In this document: positions 56,601 through 62,142 of the stretch, one piece after another
Layout: every line of letters begins with the position of its first letter
Numbering within the stretch: position 1 is the first letter of the stretch
NCBI GenBank assembly: GCA_965153285.1
Contig: OZ229112.1
Length of the DNA: 64,000 nt
Direction: 5' to 3' (one strand)
DNA from: Podarcis tiliguerta
Lineage: Eukaryota
Translations under genes and position numbers: made by a program
Notes under the pieces: generated by a model
The model's input: the letters and a program-made list of their open reading frames with translations, nothing else
Told to the model about the DNA's origin: nothing
The model's database searches: none

Positions 56601-59600
56601 ATCAACTCAACTTCTTCCAATCCCTCCCACTTTCCTCTGAGCATGAGCAAAGAATCCTCTAGGGGTTTTACAAACCCCAACATAAACTCTGAATTTCTTG
56701 GGTAGATTTCAACTAAAGCTCTCAACAGACTTTGAACACAGGGATTGGGCAGAATGGAATTCCTAGCAAACCTGAAACCATTTTTGTTCATAACCTCACC
56801 ATGCTGTTTCCTAGGACTGAAATTCTGTAAAAGACCCACCAAATTCAATTCCTCCTGAACACAACCATTTGCATTGTAAAACCTCTTTTGAAAAACAATA
56901 GACACATCGTCAGGGTCTTTAAAGTCCTTGAGCTGTGGGCAAAGAAGTTCTTTGTTAGACACAACAGGGAAAAACTCAGTCTTACACGAGGGAGTCTCCA
57001 CAGCTTCTCGGCAACCTAGGAGAGAAAACTCAAAACTTTCTTCAGCAGCGGCTTTACTGGGTTGGATTGACCCCCCTCCTTCTGCTTGACTCTCAGCTCT
57101 TAGCTGACAGGGAACGCTTGCACAGTTCACAGTCTGTACTGCTAGGGGGTTTGCTGCAAGCTGCTGGAATGGAACGGCAGATTTCAAAACATTTCCACCC
57201 AAAATAAAGTTTGCACAAACTCGGGGTTCAAGGACTGAACACAAAGGACCCCCCATAGAATTCTTGGAGGTAGACAAATCAACAGTTGCAGGTTGTGGAA
57301 CTAACTTTCCACCACCAGGACTACTCTTCTGGAAGTCAGGTTGGTTCCATTGAGAGAAAACTGAGTCTTTAAATAGAGTCACAGAGTCTATACTTCGAAA
57401 AGAAGGCACAACAATTCGGTGAACCCTGGGGATGACGTCAGACGCTGAGCAGGACCAATTAACACAAGGAGTGGCAATGCGTATCAAGCCAACCCTCCTC
57501 CCGACCAATTTCTTAGGTGTTGCAGTCTCAACAGTCCCAGTAATTTTGGGAGTTATAGCGTCAGGCGCCAAACTTCCACCTTCCCCGTCCGGGACAAAGT
57601 TCTTCCCAGCCCCCTTTTCTCCTTGAAGGGGAGCGTCAACCACCTCCCGACAACCCTGCAGGGAGGGGTCTGTTCTCTGCTCTGCTGCAAACTCCCCCAG
57701 ATCTCCCAGTTCATCAGGAGCATCAAAGTCTTGCATGGGCTCCAAAGTAACAATGGGTAACTCTCCCTCCCCTCCGGGTTTTCCATCCAGCCCTGGGTTT
57801 GACTCCGCCGATTTTCCTGTCTGGGCTGGAGTGGGGGGGGTCACCATGGCAACGGAATTCTCTTTTGACTGCTGCAACAGGTAAACTTGGAACCCGAGAT
57901 CATTCCCAACCAAAACTGGGCTTTTGCAGACTTCTGGATCATGCACAATTACAAGCTGGTGCCCACTATAGCCTTTATACTTCAGAGGAACTATAGCGGT
58001 TGGCTGAAAGATCTCTTCCACCCCATAAGGACTGATTTTCAAGGGTTTTTCCTGCATTTGGCCAGGCAGAATTAAATCCCTTGACACACTGGTCACATCC
58101 GAGCCTGAATCCCGATAAGATTGCACAACAGTTTTATTGATTTCAATAGGGGCAGAGAACTCCAAATTGGCCCAATTCACATGAGGGAACTTTAATTTAC
58201 GCCCCGTTCTTATAGGCCCCACTGTAAGAGCTGGCTCAGGTGTTATAAGATTTTCAACCTTAGCAACATCAGAATCCACCCCGCCCTTCTCTTCCAGGGT
58301 TTGGCTCTCTCCCAATCCAGGAGTCAGCTGTTCCTCCTCCCAATTTTCCTCCGGCCGATGAATCATTCGCACGGCAGGGGTGGAGGTTAAAACAGGAGGT
58401 TTTCGATTACCCTGCTGAGGGCAAGCGGCTTTCACGTGTCCCGGTTTTTTGCATAAGAAACACAGTCCAGAGCTCGGGGACAACTTAACACGTTCCCCCC
58501 CTGTAGCAACAAAATCCTTTGCAGGGGTAGGGAACCCTTTGCTTTGTTCTTTAATGGGAGGGGCAGATCTTCCCATCGAAACAGCCGGCTTGAAGGCGTT
58601 ACTCTGTCCCTTATTAGCCAGGTGCTCGCGGTTCAGCCGAAATGACTCAGCAAGGGCGGTAGCTTCCGCCAAGGACCGTGGCTTTTGGTCTGCAACCAGG
58701 CTGGCAATTTCCGAGGGCAGGGAACGCATTAGTTGTTCAATTAGGAATAACTGTTTAATTCCTTGAACATCCTCCAACACCCCCTCAGCCGTGAGCCACA
58801 GTTCAAAATTCTGAGCCATCTTAGCTGAATGGACGGCAATACTGTCAGTAAGCCCCACTTTCTCCACCTTCCGAAAAGCTTTTCGATACTTGTCGGGGTG
58901 CAAACCATATCTCTGCATGACAAGCCGTTTGAACCCTTCATAGTCATTACGTTCCTTTGAGGGGAGTTGCCCCATGAGTTCTGCCAAGTCCGCACAAACT
59001 AAGGGACGCAGAACAGCCATGTACAAGTCTGGGGTAACCCCCATGTCCTTACAAGTCTCTTCAAAGAGGTTCAAATAACTGAGAACATCAGTGGGTGGCT
59101 GATACTTTGGGAACACTCTCCAATTTAGTGTATTCAAAGTCACTCCAGGAGGGGACTGCTGGCGTTGTCTCTCCCCCCTGACCGGAACATATTCATACCT
59201 CGGTTCCTGGCGGTCTGGCATTTGTCCGGACGCAGGATGTCGCGATCTCCGCCCCTCTGGACGTAGCGGTTCAGCAGCCGCTGCGTATTCACGCTTGGGT
59301 CTCTGAAAAAACTCCTCCTCCTCTGCCTCTGCAACATACCGTCGCACTGGCACGCGCATCTCTTGCGCCCTGACTGGCGAGTAGACTCTGCCCGGGCTAA
59401 ACTGCTGTCTCACCCTCCGGCGAACATCAGGCGGTGGTACCTCTCGCCGGCAGTCTCCCGCAGTCCTCTCAAACACTTGGTCGTCATACGCCATCCGGCT
59501 GACCTCTTGCAGCTGGGTATCCTCTGCCGTCCGGCAGGCCCTCGGTGCCAACACAATGGACTGGCCGATCTTTGGGTGTTTTTCCCGGCAACGGAATCCA

Positions 59601-62142
59601 CCAGCTTCTGGATCTCTCACCCACTCCAGATCGTAGTCCTCTGGGAACTCCATCCCTCCAGGCTCTGTGTAGACAAAAGGCTTCTCTCTAGGACGTGTGG
59701 CGGCCATCCCGGCTCCCACTTCCTCGTGCTGGGTTCCTAGCGGGCCCCTCGCCCCTTCTGCGATTCCGGACTCTCGCTGACCCTTCCGCACTGTGCTTAA
59801 CTGGCTGGCGTTTTCCCGCTCCCCCTCGGACTCAGGGCCGTCTGAAAACCAGGAAGCGGATCTCTCTGGGGAACGCACAGCTTGGGGTTGGTTTACCGGG
59901 AGAGAGTTATCGTCTCCCACCACTCCCCACTGATCCAATGTTTTCATGGTACTTTCCTGAAACCCTCCGGTTTCCTCCATCCTTCCTGACTATCTCTAAC
60001 CAAAATAACAAACCACCTGTAAACCACAAGCGATACGTGCCAAGTTTGCTTTAAAAAATCAAAGTGCCTTTCTGCGAATGTCCCGATCCCACAACGCTGC
60101 CAACATGTAGTAACGCTACTATCCACCTGCCCTCTGCCACTCGGCCACACTGCCCCGTCTCTGCTCTCCGGCAAGACAGGACGCCCTGAGTAGCCCAGGC
60201 AAGCGGGGGTTACGTCTTTTTCAAACAGGACAAAATATACTGGTAGCTGCCACCACCCCTTTAACCTGGGGAACTCCAAGCCACAGCCTCAAGGGGAAAG
60301 GCTGCGCCTCAAATTAGTACCGGTTTCCCCCAACCCTGCAGTTTGTAACTACAGGCAGAAATACATACGGTAGGCGTCACAGAGCGTAAGGCAAGGATTA
60401 GCTAATTCCCAGAAAGGCACACAACTAAACAGTTTCTTTTCTTAAAAGATTTATTTTAAAAAAGAAGAACATAATAACACTTGCGAACTTGCAGGCACAT
60501 CACTTGAGGGTTACAGAAGTAAAATAAGAACATTGTAAAATATAACTAACTTTCTACTTACAGCACACACTTGTTGGTTAGGATAGAAAAGTCTTTAAGT
60601 CCGTAAATCAAAAGAACAGCAATTCTCCATCACAATAGGCGGCTAATTAGATGTAGATTCTAGCCGGGCTCAATGCGGATTGCATAGCGCGCTTGACCAT
60701 TCATTTCTCAAGTCTCTTATCCCCAATACACACGTGGGAACGGACCCCCAAGACCAATCATAACTTTAGATTATTTTCAAATTCACCAATGACTGACTTG
60801 CTGATTAATCAATCTAACATTAGACAGCTGGAGCAATTAAGAACCCAGAGCCAGATCAAGGGGTATCCTCCCTTCCTGAGTGGTATGCAGATGTAGCCAC
60901 TTAGGAGATAACATCAGTGAGAAAATGCGAATAGCGTAGGACCCAGGTGTTAAATCCTTCAGTAAATCAGATCCTCCCCTACCATAACTGTTCCTTTTGG
61001 ACGCCTGTTAGTCTAGGGGTAAAACAACAGAATTCCTTTCCCAGGGTCCTTGTGGCTTGTTGGTTTCCCACAAGGCTTCACTCCCTTGCTTGACCAAGGA
61101 ATGATTTCTTAAGAATATACTAACTTTACTACAGCAGCAAAAGGGGGGAACTACTGGAAACATCATGCCATATCCCAAGCAAAAAATAAATTAAAAAATT
61201 CATCTTTCACAGTGTCAGTGTGTGGCCGATACGTTATCACAGGACATTTCAGATGGGGAATTAAAACAAATTATCATGCAAGGGATTCAGTTTCCTTTCT
61301 GCTCACCGCTCATAACCTTTCTACCTGCATATTTGTGGCAGATGCATGGTAAATGCCCCCCCTTCCATCTCCTTGTCATGGAAATCTTCTGCTCCCAGTT
61401 TTTAGGAAGTATTTAAACCAAGGAATTGCCACATCTAATATAAAACCTAATACAGTGGTACCTCAGGTTACAGACGCTTCAGGTTACAGACGCTTCAGGT
61501 TACAGACTCCGCTAACCCGGAAGTAGTACCTTGGGTTAAGAACTTTGCTTCAGGATGAGAACAGAAATCGCACGGTGGTGGCAGCGGGAGGCCCATTAAC
61601 TAAAGTGGTACCTCAGGTTAAGAACAGTTTCAGGTTAAGAACGGACCTCCAGAACGAATTAAGTTCTTAACCCGAGGTACTACTGTACCAGAAACTTATC
61701 TGAAGTCTATTGCGTCTCATCAGAATTGTAAGAACCAACTCTTTATTTATTCATAAAAAAGCCAATAGGCATCTAGTCCTCGTGGTTGCATGGGATTGAA
61801 AATGTTGCTTTTTATTAAAAGGGTGATGAGTAAAAAAAAAAAAAAAAAAGCAACCACCAAGAAATCCAGATTAATATCTTTGCAGTTGAATACTACAAAT
61901 GATTAGATTAAACTTAGTTTGTAATTTATCTTCATTTCTCCCCCACTTAACAGAGCAACTGGCTCAACTGGCTGCCAGTCTTCGGAGGCCGGAGTTTGGT
62001 GCTCCAGGCCTCCCAGGCCGCCCTGGGCCACCGGGTTCCCCTGGACCACCTGGAGACAATGGCTTCCCAGGGCAGCTTGGGCTTCGAGGACTGCCTGGCC
62101 TTAAGGGTCCTCCTGGAGACATTGGGCTGAAAGGCCCCAAAG
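574..62142 (+). CDS. COL9A1: Collagen type IX alpha-1 chain, multi-exon gene (exons 1-36 present, 3' end outside window)
   Basis: Spliced exons give signal peptide, NC4/TSPN domain ([16 protein letters not shown]...[20 protein letters not shown]), COL3, NC3 ([13 protein letters not shown]), COL2, NC2 ([31 protein letters not shown]) and the start of COL1. Phases are consistent and the sequence matches vertebrate COL9A1 as recalled. Confidence 0.97.
933..1006 (+). CDS. COL9A1: COL9A1 exon 2 (signal peptide [24 protein letters not shown])
   Basis: ttccttacag| ... ACAA|gtaag; 74 nt; hydrophobic signal peptide. Confidence 0.88.
1081..1167. mobile_element. ~90-bp palindromic MITE (further copies near 5835, 20975, 28052, 38500, 49974, 62150)
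   Basis: gcaatcctata...tataggattgc inverted ends with an internal aagt-cccattga-caatggg-actt hairpin recurring across the window. Confidence 0.7.
2884..2961 (+). CDS. COL9A1: COL9A1 exon 3 ([25 protein letters not shown]), GC donor
   Basis: ttgcag|GATTTCCA ... CTACCAG|gcaagt; 78 nt; homologous to human FPVNSN...LCPKIRIGQDDLP. Confidence 0.9.
3294..3426 (+). CDS. COL9A1: COL9A1 exon 4 (NC4)
   Basis: ctttag|GATATGAC ... ACTAG|gtaat; [44 protein letters not shown]. Confidence 0.96.
5593..5614. repeat. (GT)n microsatellite
   Basis: Direct observation. Confidence 0.9.
7784..7824. repeat. (TAC)n(TAA)n microsatellite
   Basis: Direct observation. Confidence 0.9.
8205..8463 (+). mobile_element. 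L2-clade LINE 3' end with (TAT)n tail
   Basis: [13 protein letters not shown]...[17 protein letters not shown]2 C-terminus, 3' UTR gccgcccagagtggctgggg, (tat)n. Confidence 0.8.
8775..8907 (-). mobile_element. Same tRNA(Lys)/CR1-tail SINE
   Basis: Reverse complement similarity to 20444-20586. Confidence 0.72.
8992..9388 (+). CDS. COL9A1: COL9A1 exon 5 (NC4/TSPN core)
   Basis: atacag|GTCTTTG ... GTTCCG|gtaag; [19 protein letters not shown]...[10 protein letters not shown]...NPQISVP; 397 nt. Confidence 0.97.
10580..10805 (+). mobile_element. Tc1/mariner(pogo)-type MITE, family A
   Basis: TIRs CAGTGGTACCTC...GAGGTACCACTG, flanked by TA; 5 copies in the window. Confidence 0.88.
11404..11629 (-). 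mobile_element. MITE family A (inverted copy)
   Basis: Reverse complement of 10580-10805; same TIRs. Confidence 0.88.
15482..15565 (+). CDS. COL9A1: COL9A1 exon 6
   Basis: cctag|TTTGAG ... AGTTCG|gtaag; [28 protein letters not shown]. Confidence 0.95.
16181..16261 (+). CDS. COL9A1: COL9A1 alternative first exon 1* (short isoform signal peptide [27 protein letters not shown])
   Basis: ccATGG start, 27 codons of signal-like peptide ending CLCLSQ, CAA|gtaagt phase-0 donor in intron 6; resembles human exon 1* (...LCLCAAQ). Confidence 0.88.
16297..16317 (+). CDS. COL9A1: COL9A1 exon 7 (21-nt microexon, ISQTVVK)
   Basis: cttttcag|ATAAGCCAGACAGTCGTCAAG|gtaagt; counterpart of human PSQTTDE. Confidence 0.87.
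18343..18408 (+). mobile_element. 3' fragment of the CR1-tail SINE or CR1
   Basis: cctgcattgcagggggttggactagatgaccctcggggtcccttccaactctatgattctatga. Confidence 0.7.
18524..18598 (+). CDS. COL9A1: COL9A1 exon 8 (start of COL3)
   Basis: [25 protein letters not shown]; ag/gt boundaries; 75 nt. Confidence 0.96.
19016..19051 (+). CDS. COL9A1: COL9A1 exon 9
   Basis: [12 protein letters not shown]; 36 nt; ag/gt. Confidence 0.94.
19155..19217 (+). CDS. COL9A1: COL9A1 exon 10
   Basis: [21 protein letters not shown]; 63 nt. Confidence 0.94.
20069..20408. mobile_element. Non-autonomous hAT-type element
   Basis: TIRs CAGGGTCGTCTTT / AAAGACGGCTCTG and perfect 8-bp TSD GAACTATG (20061-20068, 20409-20416). 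Confidence 0.85.
20444..20586 (+). mobile_element. tRNA(Lys)-headed SINE with CR1-like 3' tail
   Basis: gatagctgagtcggaagagcatga...gactct..ctcagggttgtgg..tgagccccac head plus ggactagatga...gtcccttccaactct tail. Confidence 0.75.
21388..21441 (+). CDS. COL9A1: COL9A1 exon 11
   Basis: [18 protein letters not shown]; 54 nt; AAG acceptor. Confidence 0.94.
21766..21801 (+). CDS. COL9A1: COL9A1 exon 12
   Basis: [12 protein letters not shown]; 36 nt. Confidence 0.93.
22505..22660 (-). mobile_element. Old MIR-like/core SINE
   Basis: cacaaccctgtgaggtagg...tgagaga...tcacccagtga...tgaact...taactgcgccacat. Confidence 0.55.
23329..23606. mobile_element. Probable hAT-type non-autonomous element
   Basis: Imperfect TIRs CAGGGGTGGAGGAAGGGG / CCCCTTCCTCCACCACTT; GC-rich island; TSD not evident. 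Confidence 0.55.
25128..25151 (+). CDS. COL9A1: COL9A1 exon 13 (24 nt, contains the COL3 helix imperfection)
   Basis: GKGIPGSL; counterpart of human GRGIPGPP. Confidence 0.9.
25353..25406 (+). CDS. COL9A1: COL9A1 exon 14
   Basis: [18 protein letters not shown]; 54 nt. Confidence 0.94.
26030..26083 (+). CDS. COL9A1: COL9A1 exon 15
   Basis: [18 protein letters not shown]; 54 nt. Confidence 0.94.
27208..27240 (+). CDS. COL9A1: COL9A1 exon 16 (COL3/NC3)
   Basis: [11 protein letters not shown]; 33 nt. Confidence 0.93.
27341..27397 (+). CDS. COL9A1: COL9A1 exon 17 (NC3/COL2)
   Basis: [19 protein letters not shown]; 57 nt. Confidence 0.95.
27683..27736 (+). CDS. COL9A1: COL9A1 exon 18
   Basis: [18 protein letters not shown]; 54 nt. 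Confidence 0.95.
28184..28237 (+). CDS. COL9A1: COL9A1 exon 19
   Basis: [18 protein letters not shown]; 54 nt. Confidence 0.94.
28696..28749 (+). CDS. COL9A1: COL9A1 exon 20
   Basis: [18 protein letters not shown]; 54 nt. Confidence 0.95.
29908..29961 (+). CDS. COL9A1: COL9A1 exon 21
   Basis: [18 protein letters not shown]; 54 nt. Confidence 0.95.
30358..30800 (+). mobile_element. Squamate tRNA-derived SINE interrupted by a MITE
   Basis: tggtagatcacatg...ggttcaaaccctggcatttcca...gactcagta[MITE]taaggaagctgcctac. Confidence 0.7.
30534..30775. mobile_element. Tc1/mariner-type MITE family B, nested in a tRNA-SINE
   Basis: TA|CAGTGGTACCTC...GAGGTACCACTG|TA; interior differs from family A. Confidence 0.85.
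31946..31999 (+). CDS. COL9A1: COL9A1 exon 22
   Basis: [18 protein letters not shown]; 54 nt. Confidence 0.95.
32060..32425 (-). mobile_element. L2-clade LINE ORF2 fragment (frameshifted)
   Basis: [23 protein letters not shown] and [10 protein letters not shown]...FKVLVLTF...YLKEHL...LRSS. Confidence 0.85.
32710..32846 (-). mobile_element. Same tRNA(Lys)/CR1-tail SINE
   Basis: tgtagagttggaagggacc...tgctctactgactgagctatc. Confidence 0.72.
33092..33145 (+). CDS. COL9A1: COL9A1 exon 23
   Basis: [18 protein letters not shown]; 54 nt. Confidence 0.95.
33269..33322 (+). CDS. COL9A1: COL9A1 exon 24 (contains Gly->Ala)
   Basis: [18 protein letters not shown]; 54 nt. Confidence 0.93.
34588..34641 (+). 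CDS. COL9A1: COL9A1 exon 25
   Basis: [18 protein letters not shown]; 54 nt. Confidence 0.95.
35672..35716 (+). CDS. COL9A1: COL9A1 exon 26
   Basis: [15 protein letters not shown]; 45 nt. Confidence 0.94.
35842..35895 (+). CDS. COL9A1: COL9A1 exon 27
   Basis: [18 protein letters not shown]; 54 nt. Confidence 0.94.
36004..36057 (+). CDS. COL9A1: COL9A1 exon 28
   Basis: [18 protein letters not shown]; 54 nt. Confidence 0.94.
38195..38420 (+). mobile_element. MITE family A
   Basis: Same internal sequence (gactccgctaacccagaaatagtacc) and TIRs. Confidence 0.88.
38890..39131 (-). mobile_element. MITE family A (inverted copy)
   Basis: TA|CAGTGGTACCTC...GGTACCACTG|TA. Confidence 0.9.
39974..40225 (-). 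mobile_element. BovB/RTE-like non-autonomous fragment
   Basis: Minus strand ends gactaaacaacaaca; contains ctggagaaggaactggcaagcaactccagtattttgccaagaaaactccatg typical of BovB-related sequence. Confidence 0.72.
41846..42050 (-). mobile_element. CR1 LINE 3' fragment
   Basis: taagagcctgctggatca...ccatctcatccagcatcctgttctcacagtggcca resembles the squamate CR1 3' end in reverse. Confidence 0.65.
42284..42337 (+). CDS. COL9A1: COL9A1 exon 29
   Basis: [18 protein letters not shown]; 54 nt. Confidence 0.94.
43119..43190 (+). CDS. COL9A1: COL9A1 exon 30
   Basis: [24 protein letters not shown]; 72 nt. Confidence 0.95.
43293..43422. mobile_element. Palindromic hAT-like MITE (related copies near 50305-50440 and 33675-33780)
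   Basis: CAGGGGTGGGGAA...CCCTGCCCTG ends; internal gttgttggact/gtccaa inverted arms. Confidence 0.65.
44179..44215. repeat. (CT)n(GT)n microsatellite
   Basis: Direct observation. Confidence 0.9.
44490..44650. other. Assembly gap (161 N)
   Basis: Run of n in intron 30; exon numbering and phase are continuous across it. Confidence 0.99.
44700..45060 (+). mobile_element. Sauria SINE (full length)
   Basis: GGGACGCGGGTGGCGCTGTGG head, B-box GGTTCGAATCC, body gcaagtagataaataggga, ACCTTT tail; CpG-rich, so probably young. Confidence 0.92.
47569..47700 (-). mobile_element. L2 3' terminus with (ATT)n/(TA)n tail
   Basis: Reverse complement of 8370-8463; a short related copy lies at 22400-22460. Confidence 0.72.
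48810..49050. mobile_element. Tc1/mariner-type MITE related to family B
   Basis: TA|CAGCGGTACTTC...GCTTCCACTG|TA; interior similar to the reverse complement of 30534-30775. Confidence 0.75.
49623..49658 (+). CDS. COL9A1: COL9A1 exon 31
   Basis: [12 protein letters not shown]; 36 nt. Confidence 0.94.
49764..49808 (+). CDS. COL9A1: COL9A1 exon 32
   Basis: [15 protein letters not shown]; 45 nt. Confidence 0.94.
50734..50766 (+). CDS. COL9A1: COL9A1 exon 33
   Basis: [11 protein letters not shown]; 33 nt. Confidence 0.93.
52809..52955 (+). CDS. COL9A1: COL9A1 exon 34
   Basis: [49 protein letters not shown]; 147 nt. Confidence 0.96.
53132..53186 (+). CDS. COL9A1: COL9A1 exon 35 (NC2)
   Basis: [18 protein letters not shown](E); 55 nt, phase 1. 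Confidence 0.95.
54322..54490 (+). mobile_element. Squamate tRNA-derived SINE
   Basis: gctcagtggtagaacac A-box, ttcaatcccc B-box; similar to 30358-30800. Confidence 0.7.
54575..55602 (-). repeat. 3' LTR
   Basis: TG...CA ends; PPT adjacent; minus-strand AATAAA at 54919-54924. Confidence 0.96.
55603..55613 (-). other. Polypurine tract
   Basis: Minus strand AGAGGGGAGGG abutting the 3' LTR. Confidence 0.85.
55802..59980 (-). CDS. Retrotransposon polyprotein, 1392 aa: Gag (SCAN-like CA, CCHC knuckle), aspartic protease, degenerate protease repeat, integrase remnant, truncated RT, RNase H
   Basis: [14 protein letters not shown] knuckle (58421-58462); YRDSGSD protease motif (DSG 58103-58111); RT thumb/connection ([23 protein letters not shown]); RNase H (QTDAS, IEKE, QTDH, VADTLSR); no YxDD and no integrase HHCC/DDE seen. 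Confidence 0.93.
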   Translation of the reverse strand: MEETGGFQESTMKTLDQWGVVGDDNSLPVNQPQAVRSPERSASWFSDGPESEGERENASQLSTVRKGQRESGIAEGARGPLGTQHEEVGAGMAATRPREKPFVYTEPGGMEFPEDYDLEWVRDPEAGGFRCREKHPKIGQSIVLAPRACRTAEDTQLQEVSRMAYDDQVFERTAGDCRREVPPPDVRRRVRQQFSPGRVYSPVRAQEMRVPVRRYVAEAEEEEFFQRPKREYAAAAEPLRPEGRRSRHPASGQMPDRQEPRYEYVPVRGERQRQQSPPGVTLNTLNWRVFPKYQPPTDVLSYLNLFEETCKDMGVTPDLYMAVLRPLVCADLAELMGQLPSKERNDYEGFKRLVMQRYGLHPDKYRKAFRKVEKVGLTDSIAVHSAKMAQNFELWLTAEGVLEDVQGIKQLFLIEQLMRSLPSEIASLVADQKPRSLAEATALAESFRLNREHLANKGQSNAFKPAVSMGRSAPPIKEQSKGFPTPAKDFVATGGERVKLSPSSGLCFLCKKPGHVKAACPQQGNRKPPVLTSTPAVRMIHRPEENWEEEQLTPGLGESQTLEEKGGVDSDVAKVENLITPEPALTVGPIRTGRKLKFPHVNWANLEFSAPIEINKTVVQSYRDSGSDVTSVSRDLILPGQMQEKPLKISPYGVEEIFQPTAIVPLKYKGYSGHQLVIVHDPEVCKSPVLVGNDLGFQVYLLQQSKENSVAMVTPPTPAQTGKSAESNPGLDGKPGGEGELPIVTLEPMQDFDAPDELGDLGEFAAEQRTDPSLQGCREVVDAPLQGEKGAGKNFVPDGEGGSLAPDAITPKITGTVETATPKKLVGRRVGLIRIATPCVNWSCSASDVIPRVHRIVVPSFRSIDSVTLFKDSVFSQWNQPDFQKSSPGGGKLVPQPATVDLSTSKNSMGGPLCSVLEPRVCANFILGGNVLKSAVPFQQLAANPLAVQTVNCASVPCQLRAESQAEGGGSIQPSKAAAEESFEFSLLGCREAVETPSCKTEFFPVVSNKELLCPQLKDFKDPDDVSIVFQKRFYNANGCVQEELNLVGLLQNFSPRKQHGEVMNKNGFRFARNSILPNPCVQSLLRALVEIYPRNSEFMLGFVKPLEDSLLMLRGKWEGLEEVELIFSESWPEHLKHVQTVLARLQDANLTSKGYQCQFAQGEEIPMKFRVGSGNIKSLEAKVQCIQEWPRPVVKKDVQSFIGLVNYYRRFVNHFATLATPLTNLCKKSLPVKVEWTEECQRAFDLLKYALVSSQVMLAPDQRRPFVVQTDASQTGLGAVLLQEDTEGNWRPVVYLSKKLITREQNYSTIEKECFALVWALTKLRPYLWGNIFEVQTDHSPLCWLERVKASNQKLLRWSMALQDFQFKVTHIAGKDNVVADTLSRMYQSVQ
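60086..60105 (-). other. Primer binding site (tRNA-Leu-like, imperfect)
   Basis: Minus strand directly after the 5' LTR reads TGTTGGCAGCGTTGTGGGAT; the complement of a vertebrate tRNA-Leu 3' end is TGGTGGCAGCGGTGGGAT as recalled. Confidence 0.65.
60106..61133 (-). repeat. 5' LTR
   Basis: Direct repeat of 54575-55602 at offset 5531; PBS adjacent on its inner side. Confidence 0.96.
61453..61685 (+). mobile_element. MITE family A
   Basis: TA-flanked; carries an extra copy of the 16-bp subterminal unit caggttacagacgctt. Confidence 0.88.
61954..62142 (+). CDS. COL9A1: COL9A1 exon 36 (NC2/COL1)
   Basis: (E)[26 protein letters not shown]...GLKGPK(G); 189 nt; cag|...AAAG|gtaag. Confidence 0.96.

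Larger units (their letters stand above)
54575..61133 (-). mobile_element. Ty3/Gypsy-superfamily (Gmr1-like) LTR retrotransposon, internally deleted/non-autonomous, recent insertion in COL9A1 intron 35
   Basis: Two 1028-bp direct repeats bounded by TGTAGTAA...TTACTACA; 5-bp TSD GCAGC (54570-54574, 61134-61138); PBS, PPT and a gag-pol-like ORF. Confidence 0.96.

Noticed and set aside
3294-62142. Alternative identity as COL9A2, COL9A3 or COL19A1
   Set aside because: The large NC4 domain, exon 1*, and NC3 and NC2 sequences match COL9A1 specifically
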